A DNA stretch of 58,687 nt. Source: an uncultured Candidatus Saccharibacteria bacterium (GTDB taxonomy: Bacteria > Patescibacteriota > WWE3 > CAZQFB01). Below, one piece after another: positions 49,558-56,819 of the stretch. The translations under genes and the position numbers were made by a program. A model generated the notes under the pieces. That model was not told where the DNA came from. It did no database searches and saw only the letters and a list, made by a program, of their open reading frames with translations. The DNA lies in the NCBI GenBank assembly GCA_964592525.1, contig CAZQFB010000005.1, forward strand, positions 1 through 58,687. Reading direction: 5' to 3'. Position 1 is the stretch's first letter. Each line of letters starts with the position of its first letter.

Positions 49558-49908
49558 TTGTCGCAGTCAAAGAAATCTGTTTTAGAACTTAAAGCGCTAC
49601 TGAAAACGGGTCGTCGGTTTAGCTTTCCTTTATTTGATTTAGTCATCAAGGAAAAAAGCCAAGCTAAAGCCAAGTTGTGGGTTATTGTGGCTAAAAAGGT
49701 ATCTGGCAAAGCGGTTGAGAGAAATAGAGTGAAAAGATTAATTAAGGAAGCCCACCGTCACTGCGGTATGGAGACTGCTCAAACCGACTTAGTTTTTATC
49801 GCCAAGCCGGGTATTGTTAATACCTCGTTTAGTGAGATGGTGTTGCTTGTGCAACAAGCTTTTGGAAAAATAAGACCAAATGAAAAAGTTTCTGTTACTG
49901 ATAATTAA
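49558..49908 (+). CDS. rnpA: ribonuclease P protein component
   Basis: IVAKKVSGKAVERNRVKRLIKEA (RNR motif). TTG start. Confidence 0.93.
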   Translation: MSQSKKSVLELKALLKTGRRFSFPLFDLVIKEKSQAKAKLWVIVAKKVSGKAVERNRVKRLIKEAHRHCGMETAQTDLVFIAKPGIVNTSFSEMVLLVQQAFGKIRPNEKVSVTDN

Positions 49909-50131
49909 AGGGTATCAAAAGTATTTATCTTTGGATAAACAAATTTTCCGCCCATTTTTCCCAGGGGGTGTTTGCCGATACTACCCGACCTGTTCCAGGT
50001 ATGCCCAAGAAGCAATTGAGAGCTATGGTGTGAGGCATGGTCTTAAACTGACTTTATTAAGGCTATGCCGTTGCCATCCTTTTGCTGCGGGGGGTTATGA
50101 TCCAGTACCAGAAAATAAGGAGAGCCAGTGA
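49880..50131 (+). CDS. yidD: membrane protein insertion efficiency factor
   Basis: CRYYPTCSRYAQEAI..YG, RLCRCHPF..GGYDPVP. Confidence 0.96.
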   Translation: MKKFLLLIIKGYQKYLSLDKQIFRPFFPGGVCRYYPTCSRYAQEAIESYGVRHGLKLTLLRLCRCHPFAAGGYDPVPENKESQ

Positions 50132-50895
50132 ATTTATTAGTCATTCCCTTTTTGAATCTGATTTTACTTTTTTACCACCTGTTAGGGGATAATTTGGGAT
50201 GGGCCATTGTCGCTATTACGGTAATAATCAATTTAATACTGTTTCCTTTAAATAAGAAAAGTATGGTTATGGCCAAGAAACAGCAGCACATAAAACCGCA
50301 ACTAGATGAGCTAAAGAAAAAATACCAGGATAACAAAACCAAGTTATTTGAAGAACAAAGTAAGTTATTAAAACAGGAAGGAATTAATCCTGCCGCTGGC
50401 TGTTTTCCGGCTTTGGTGCAGATTGGGATTATTATTATTTTGATTAGAGCTTTTAGCGGTGTGTTGAGCGGTAACGGGGATGTAATTTACACCCTTAACC
50501 AAGCGGCGTATCTTCCCGCACTGCAAATCCAAGGAGAGGTTTTTAACACTTATTTTTTGAGTTTTGATTTAACGCAAAGAGATGTCTTAGGTACTGTTGC
50601 GGGTTTTACGGTGCCTGGTTTTTTGGTGATTGCGGCGGCTTTTGTGCAATTTATTTCCGCGCAAATGATGTTGCCAAAAATGAGTAAAAAGAATGACCCT
50701 ACCACGGTGACGGAAACCAAGGTTGACGATTTAGCCATGGATATGCAGAAACAAATGGTTTATATTTTTCCACTACTCTATTTATGGTTTGGAACGATGT
50801 ATCCTTCTGGTTTAGCGCTCTATTTTTTACTCTCTTCTCTTTTTTCAATCTTGAGGTATTACACTGCCTTTGGTAGAGTAAGGTCCGTAAATTAA
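50128..50895 (+). CDS. yidC: membrane protein insertase YidC/Oxa1
   Basis: GWAIVAIT, QQHIKPQLDELKKKY, GINPAAGCFP, PSGLALY. Confidence 0.95.
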   Translation: MNLLVIPFLNLILLFYHLLGDNLGWAIVAITVIINLILFPLNKKSMVMAKKQQHIKPQLDELKKKYQDNKTKLFEEQSKLLKQEGINPAAGCFPALVQIGIIIILIRAFSGVLSGNGDVIYTLNQAAYLPALQIQGEVFNTYFLSFDLTQRDVLGTVAGFTVPGFLVIAAAFVQFISAQMMLPKMSKKNDPTTVTETKVDDLAMDMQKQMVYIFPLLYLWFGTMYPSGLALYFLLSSLFSILRYYTAFGRVRSVN

Positions 50896-50901
50896 GATAT
50901 T

Positions 50902-51360
50902 ATGGATATCAGTGAACAAGCAGCTTCTATTCTGAAAGACCTTCTGTCTAATTTAGGTATTGTGGGTGAGGTGGTGGTTAGTAAGACCGATGATACGACG
51001 GTTTTAACTATAGACTCGACCGAACGAGGCATGCTTATTGGTTATCATGGTGAAAATTTAGAAGCTCTACAGAGTATCTTACGCACTATTTTGTATCGAC
51101 AAACTAGTACTTGGTATCCAGTTGTGGTTGATACTGGGGGTTATCGTGCCGAGAGAGTCCAAAAATTACAGGAGATGGCGTCGCGAAGTGCTGACAAAGC
51201 CCGTTTTTTTAATAAAGAAATTGCTTTACCGCCAATGTCAAGTAGTGATCGTCGTGAGATACACCTAATTCTAGCCCAGAGGGAAGATGTGGTGAGTGAG
51301 AGTGTGGGGGACGCTTCTAACCGGCATGTGGTTGTTAAACCCGTTACTGCTTCGGCGTAG
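50902..51360 (+). CDS. jag: Jag/KhpB (EloR) KH plus R3H RNA-binding protein, short form
   Basis: GMLIGYHGENLEALQ (KH), LPPMSSSDRREIH (R3H), and synteny. Confidence 0.9.
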   Translation: MDISEQAASILKDLLSNLGIVGEVVVSKTDDTTVLTIDSTERGMLIGYHGENLEALQSILRTILYRQTSTWYPVVVDTGGYRAERVQKLQEMASRSADKARFFNKEIALPPMSSSDRREIHLILAQREDVVSESVGDASNRHVVVKPVTASA

Positions 51361-51385
51361 CTAGTAGTGTATAGTAAGAACCGAG

Positions 51386-52513
51386 ATGAAATTTACCTGT
51401 TTACAAAAACACCTCGCCCAAAAATTAATGGTTATTAACCGAGCGGTAGCCCCGAAGGCTACTTTGTCGGTACTATCCCATATCAAACTAACAGCGCAGC
51501 ATAACCGTCTCAAATTAAGCGCCACTAATCTGCAGTGGGGAATGGTTTCTTATTTAGGAGCAGAGGTGGAAAAAGAAGGCGAGCTTGCCGTACCGGGTTC
51601 TTTGTTAACTAGTTTTGTGAGTGCTCTGCCCGAAGATAGGCTGACTTTTAATGTGGTGCGCGGATCGCTGCAAGTTGAATCGGGTAGTGGCAAAGCTTCC
51701 TTAAGGGGCATGAGTGCTGAAGAGTTTCCAGCGATGGTGGAAGAAGGTGGGGAGAAAAAAGTATCTCTACCTGCTAAAAAGCTACGAGAGGCTTTGGCAG
51801 GAGTGACTTTTGCCTCGGCGGTTGACGAGAGCCGACCGATTTTAACTGGGGTGTTGTTTGCTTTAAATGGTGACACACTCACTTTAGTTGGCGTTGACGG
51901 CTTTAGATTGTCTGAATACAAGTTACCCTTGAAAAACACGGCTGGGGTGAGTTTTTCTCTTGTGTTACCTGCCCGTTCTTTACAAGAACTTTCTCGCTTA
52001 GCTGCTGCGGAAAAAGAAGTTTCTTTTTCTCAAGTTGATGCTATGTCACAAGTGGTTTTTGAAAGTGGTGATTCCGTTTTAATCTCTCGTATTTTGGAGG
52101 GGTCCTTTCCGGAGTATGAGCAAATAATCCCGACTGACTCCCCCAGTACGGTGCTGGTTCCTTTTGCTGATTTTAGGCAATCAATAAAATTATCGGCGCT
52201 CTTTACGGAAGGTTCGTCTAATGTAGTTAAACTATCCTTTGAGCCTAATGGTAGTGACTTGCGGGTTGAGGCAAAGGCGCAAGATGTGGGTACTAATGAA
52301 ACGATTATTAAAGTTAAAGCCAAGGGTGCTGGTGGTAGTATTTCGTTTAACGCCAAATATTTGGTTGAGGTATTAAATTACTTTGACACGGTTTTGGGTG
52401 ATGAACAGCAGCTGGAAATTAGAATTAAAGATGACGTTAGTCCTGGCTACTTTTGTGTGCCCGACAAAGAAGAGTATCGTCATATCATAATGCCGGTGCG
52501 GGTTCAGGATTAG
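51386..52513 (+). CDS. dnaN: DNA polymerase III beta clamp
   Basis: ATNLQ, DESRPILTGV, VDGFRLS, GSFPEYEQIIP, FNAKYL, IMPVR. Confidence 0.97.
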   Translation: MKFTCLQKHLAQKLMVINRAVAPKATLSVLSHIKLTAQHNRLKLSATNLQWGMVSYLGAEVEKEGELAVPGSLLTSFVSALPEDRLTFNVVRGSLQVESGSGKASLRGMSAEEFPAMVEEGGEKKVSLPAKKLREALAGVTFASAVDESRPILTGVLFALNGDTLTLVGVDGFRLSEYKLPLKNTAGVSFSLVLPARSLQELSRLAAAEKEVSFSQVDAMSQVVFESGDSVLISRILEGSFPEYEQIIPTDSPSTVLVPFADFRQSIKLSALFTEGSSNVVKLSFEPNGSDLRVEAKAQDVGTNETIIKVKAKGAGGSISFNAKYLVEVLNYFDTVLGDEQQLEIRIKDDVSPGYFCVPDKEEYRHIIMPVRVQD

Positions 52514-54353
52514 CTTGTTCTTCTACTCTCTGTTCAATAATAGCGCGTTGTCTTTCCGCTTCTTGGGCTAATTTTTCAGCCTGTTGTCTTTTGAGGATTT
52601 CTTCGGGGTTAGAGGTGATAATCTCATGTTCCTCTTCAGAAGCAACGACTTGCATTGCGACGTGATTTTTACCGGCAAAGAATAGCCCCTCCCCTACTCC
52701 TGCCGCCAAGAGCAATTGTTTTTCTCCCTCGGATAAGAAAAACACCTCGCCGATATAATCAATCGCTGCAGGATGCTGCTTGAGCAGGATTTGGATAGAA
52801 GAGTTAGTAATAATAGTTTTGCCATAATCATTTTTGAGAAAATCCTCAACTTCTTGGGTGATAGTGGTTAGACCTAAATAGTATTTTCTGGCTCTTTTGG
52901 CAATAGAGTATAAAAAAGTAGCCGATTCTTCAGTTTTCATAAGGTACCAAGCCTCATCAACAATGAGGATGCGCCGTTTTAGTTCCCGTCGGATTCTGTT
53001 CCAGATAAAATCAAGAATAATGTACATGGCAGAGGGTCTTAGGGCTTCTTCTAAATCGCGGGTGGAGAAGACGGTAAAGGTGTTGTCAATCTCCACAGTG
53101 GAGTATTGATCAAAAATACCAGAGAGTGATCCTTTGATATATTTCTCTAGTTTATCGGCCAGTATTTTGGCGGCTTCGTCCTCCATACCCAAAAAAGTTT
53201 TGTAAAGGTCTTCTAGTAAAGGTGGCTCATTTGCTTGTGTGCTGGGGTCTGGAGTAATACCTTTACCGGCGTAGGTTTTGATCAGTGCTCGGTCAAGTAA
53301 AGCTGTTTCTGTGGGACTCAAGTCCCCGAGCATAACCGTGAACAGAGTATGCAGAGCCATAATCTTCATCCCCAAAGTGTTTTCTCCTTCACTGTAAACC
53401 CCAGCTAAATCAAAGGGGTTAATTTTAGATGGGGAAGTTTGGGAAAATTTGATTAATTGCCCGCCGACGGACTCGCACAAAGTACCATATTCATTTTCAG
53501 GATCAATGACGATAATTTCGGCGCCAAACATTAATGAACGTAGCGCTTCCAGCTTAACTAGGTATGATTTACCGGCACCGCTTTTGGCAAAGATGACGGA
53601 GTTAGCGTTTTCTAGGGAAAACCGATCAAAAATAATTAAGCTGCCGTTATGTTCGTTGATACCGTATAGTATGCCTTCATTAGCGGTTAAATCTGATGAG
53701 GTGAAAGGAAAAGTACTCGCTAGTGAGGTGGTGTCCATGTTACGAGTGATGTTCAATTTATCCAGTCCCGTGGGGATGGATGATTGGAAAGCCTCCTCCA
53801 TTTGTAAGGTTGCATGTTTAGTTAAGATTAACAAGCTACCCAAAGTACCTTCTAAGTTTTTGGTAACCGCATTAAGCTCTTCCCTACTTTCGGCAGAGAT
53901 GGTGATGTAAAAAGAAAAGCGGAAAAACTTTTCAATGCCTTTGACAATCTGTTCTTGGAGGTCTTTAGCGTCTTCCAAGGCAGCGGTGACTGCGGGGTCA
54001 ATGACCTTGTTATTTTCCAGATCCACATTGATAGTGGCTTCTAGTTCAGCGATTTTGCGGCGCAGGTCAGCTAGAATACCCTTTGATTTTACTGGGTAAT
54101 AAAAAAAGGAAATGTTCATGGTGTGGTCATAGTTGACGATTGGTGAAAGCCAGTTGGTGCCAACAAACCGGGGATATCCAGTGGCAAACAAGGTACGATA
54201 AAAATAATTACCGATTTGGATGTGGTCAAAATCAACCTCCAGTGCGGAAGGAGCGATCACATCTTGGATGCTAAGTGTGCCCTCTTTTAGTTCTTGGGCA
54301 GGGTCTTGACCCTTGTTTTTAACTGGTTTCTTTTTTGATTTACCGAGTTTCAT
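52485..54353 (-). CDS. VirB4/TraC-like secretion ATPase
   Basis: Walker A AKSGAGKS, IDPENEY, INPFDL, Walker B IVDEAW, RKYYLGLTTITQ. ATG 54353. Confidence 0.92.
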   Translation of the reverse strand: MKLGKSKKKPVKNKGQDPAQELKEGTLSIQDVIAPSALEVDFDHIQIGNYFYRTLFATGYPRFVGTNWLSPIVNYDHTMNISFFYYPVKSKGILADLRRKIAELEATINVDLENNKVIDPAVTAALEDAKDLQEQIVKGIEKFFRFSFYITISAESREELNAVTKNLEGTLGSLLILTKHATLQMEEAFQSSIPTGLDKLNITRNMDTTSLASTFPFTSSDLTANEGILYGINEHNGSLIIFDRFSLENANSVIFAKSGAGKSYLVKLEALRSLMFGAEIIVIDPENEYGTLCESVGGQLIKFSQTSPSKINPFDLAGVYSEGENTLGMKIMALHTLFTVMLGDLSPTETALLDRALIKTYAGKGITPDPSTQANEPPLLEDLYKTFLGMEDEAAKILADKLEKYIKGSLSGIFDQYSTVEIDNTFTVFSTRDLEEALRPSAMYIILDFIWNRIRRELKRRILIVDEAWYLMKTEESATFLYSIAKRARKYYLGLTTITQEVEDFLKNDYGKTIITNSSIQILLKQHPAAIDYIGEVFFLSEGEKQLLLAAGVGEGLFFAGKNHVAMQVVASEEEHEIITSNPEEILKRQQAEKLAQEAERQRAIIEQRVEEQANPEPAPAL

Positions 54354-55008
54354 ATTTTTTTTCAGCTTCCACAAAGGGTGCTGTATAATCACCTGCACCT
54401 TGGGAGAGATGTTCTACTTTAGAGATAGTGGGGTTATAGATGGTGTAAAAAAGTTCCACCAAATCCTCCTCTTCTAAAATTGTGGCACCAACCCCCAAGC
54501 GCCCAATTTGTGAGATGATGTGATCTATTTTCGGATCCAACTGATCTTTGGCTCTAGCCGCTACGGCTTTACCATTAATTTTGGGGTTGGCTTTAAAAAA
54601 ACCTTTAGAAGATTGACCTAATAAGGCATCATAATAAGGCACCACTACATAAAAGTTCTTGTCCAAAATATCAGAGCGGGAAGCTAGACGATCAATATAC
54701 TCACGATAACTAGCAATCCGGTCTTTAAGAAACATATTAGATTGCCGGTTTAAGATCATATCAAGCTTAGTAAGGTATTCGGTGATATCGGTCCGGCGGG
54801 TATGGATGAGCACCTGGATGGGAAAGGTGATGGAGTTAAGTAATCCGGCGAAAGTATTGATTAGGGTTTCTTGTTCACCTTCGGACAGGAGGTCAAAGTT
54901 GACTGGGGAGGGTTGGATAATGGAGCAAGCACCTTGTTTCAGGATTACGTATCGATCTACGATGTCCACGATATCTAAATGGTCTTGGGTTGAGGGCAGC
55001 TGACTCAT
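54340..55008 (-). CDS. VirB4-associated conserved protein (TraE/TrsD-like)
   Basis: STQDHLDI..I, VNFDLLSEGEQ, LLNSITFPIQVLI, NFYVVVPY. Lies between prgI and virB4. Confidence 0.65.
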   Translation of the reverse strand: MSQLPSTQDHLDIVDIVDRYVILKQGACSIIQPSPVNFDLLSEGEQETLINTFAGLLNSITFPIQVLIHTRRTDITEYLTKLDMILNRQSNMFLKDRIASYREYIDRLASRSDILDKNFYVVVPYYDALLGQSSKGFFKANPKINGKAVAARAKDQLDPKIDHIISQIGRLGVGATILEEEDLVELFYTIYNPTISKVEHLSQGAGDYTAPFVEAEKKYETR

Positions 55009-55057
55009 AACTTAAACCTATTGTACTATGATCCGTACCTAATAGGGGAGGTTTGTC

Positions 55058-56656
55058 TTAGTGTGCGCTAATTTTAACTGGTGCTATTAGTTTTCCGGTA
55101 GCTTCTAGCTCAATAATATCAAAGGTCAGCTTTGGTTTTTGGACTTCAAGGCGATACTTACCGTTTGTGACTGGGGAAGTCATGCTAAATTGACCGGCCT
55201 TGTTGGTGCGGGAAGCCCATTTAGGGACATTAGCATTATCTCTGATTAGAATAATGGCATCACTAACCAACTCACCTTTAGCGTTGTAAACCACCCCATT
55301 AATCACGTTAGGCTTGTTTGTTAACGGTGGTATCTCTTGCGGGTGTATGGTGGTTGTATTTTTCGCTGGGGGTGTGGCGAGTTGTTCTTTTTCGGTAAGA
55401 AGTTGTTTTTCTAGGTCAGCTTGTCTTTGCTCAATAAGGTTTGGTGGGCTTGGTGTTATGGGGGTAGTAGCTTGCGGAGCTGGTTTATTAATTGGTTGAT
55501 CGGGTGTGGGTGGTTTTGTTAGCAGCTCGGTGGGGGTGTTAGTAATCTGGGCTAAGGTTTTCTTGGTTTGTTGGAGCTGGGTAATGATCTGTTGGTTTTG
55601 GGCTTGCAGGGTAGCCATTTGTTGGTTGTTGATCTCGGTGGGCGTGGGAGGGGTAATTGGTGGGGTAGGCACTTTAAGCTCGGCTAGGTTGCTGGTTGCG
55701 GGAGGTCTTGCGGGTTTGGTCTGGGTCAGTTTCTTGACCGACACTTGTTTTGGTTGTTTAGTAATGGCTTGGGCGACCTCGGGGAACTTTTGAGGATTAA
55801 TAATTGGGGTACCCCCGGCTGTGTTGTACTCTTTTAAAGAGTTAATAATTTGTTTCACCTCGGTTAATATTTGTTCGTTGCGTTGGTTAGCAATGTGAGC
55901 ATCTTCAGGTTTGGCTGGTTTGAGGTTGGGCAGTGTGGTGGTTGGGGGGGTTGGTTTATTGGCTTTGAGTTGTTGTTTTAAAATTACCGGATCAGGCGGT
56001 TTAGCTTGAGTGATGGGGTTGCGAAAGATAGTGCCTTGTCGGGTGGTCTGGATTGGTATGGCGGTGGTGGCGTAATTTATTTTACTGGCTAAGGTTTGAG
56101 GTTCCGCTTCCACCTTTTTATAGGCGATACTGGTTAGGGTGGTGGCGGGTGGTATGGGGTGGGTGGTGGTTGGGGTACCGGTTTCGCTGATAATCAGAGA
56201 ATTAATTTGGTGTAACATTTTTTCTTCCGAGAGATCAGCAATGGTTTGCGGCAGACCTGTTTTTTTAGTGCTAAGGTAGGTTAGCAACCTAGTATCGGCT
56301 TCTTTAGTTTCGTTTTTCTTTTGTTGCTGGTGGGTTTTTAGATCCAGATAATAAAAATCAGGGAGGTGCCCTTGTTTGGTCCATAGGCGGCGTTGGGGTT
56401 TGTAGATCGCGCGAAAATAATTAATAAACCAGATATCCAGACTGCGATCGTCAATAGGATAGAAAGCAAAAAAGACACCCGCTGCGCCAAGGAATACGGC
56501 TAAAGGTAACCGGATAATACTAGCTAGCGGTGCGGTAAAGGTGATATAAGCTAGTCCCATACCAACGGCGACATAGGCAAACTGCCGTAAGGTCAGGTTA
56601 CCAATCAGCTTGAACTCAACATCCATAATGTTTTGGGGTATGGGGTGGTTGATCAT
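55058..56656 (-). CDS. PrgI-family membrane protein with long P/T/Q-rich linker and C-terminal carboxypeptidase-regulatory-like beta-sandwich
   Basis: HPIPQNIMDVEFKLIGNLTLRQFAY plus two TMs (PrgI). C-terminal INGVVYNAKG...TNKAGQF...GKYRLEV. Confidence 0.85.
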   Translation of the reverse strand: MINHPIPQNIMDVEFKLIGNLTLRQFAYVAVGMGLAYITFTAPLASIIRLPLAVFLGAAGVFFAFYPIDDRSLDIWFINYFRAIYKPQRRLWTKQGHLPDFYYLDLKTHQQQKKNETKEADTRLLTYLSTKKTGLPQTIADLSEEKMLHQINSLIISETGTPTTTHPIPPATTLTSIAYKKVEAEPQTLASKINYATTAIPIQTTRQGTIFRNPITQAKPPDPVILKQQLKANKPTPPTTTLPNLKPAKPEDAHIANQRNEQILTEVKQIINSLKEYNTAGGTPIINPQKFPEVAQAITKQPKQVSVKKLTQTKPARPPATSNLAELKVPTPPITPPTPTEINNQQMATLQAQNQQIITQLQQTKKTLAQITNTPTELLTKPPTPDQPINKPAPQATTPITPSPPNLIEQRQADLEKQLLTEKEQLATPPAKNTTTIHPQEIPPLTNKPNVINGVVYNAKGELVSDAIILIRDNANVPKWASRTNKAGQFSMTSPVTNGKYRLEVQKPKLTFDIIELEATGKLIAPVKISAH

Positions 56657-56819
56657 GAGTTAATTATATACGAACAGATACTGTTAACTAAAGTTGTTGG
56701 CGTTGTATTTGATGATAGTTAAGCTTGTATAGCTTGGGTATGTTCACCTCTTAATTATTACCTACGGGCAGAACACTTGTTAGCTGTGGGCATCTCAACC
56801 AGCCTTATTTACGTGAGTA

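Noticed and set aside
51355-51376. TAG-rich stretch before dnaN resembling DnaA-trios
   Set aside because: Wrong strand for an inversion remnant, out of phase, and no adjacent DnaA box.
55014-55056. Hairpin CCTATT..GTAC/GTAC..AATAGG between prgI and the TraE-like gene
   Set aside because: Imperfect and overlapping a likely -10. Too weak to call a terminator or regulatory RNA.
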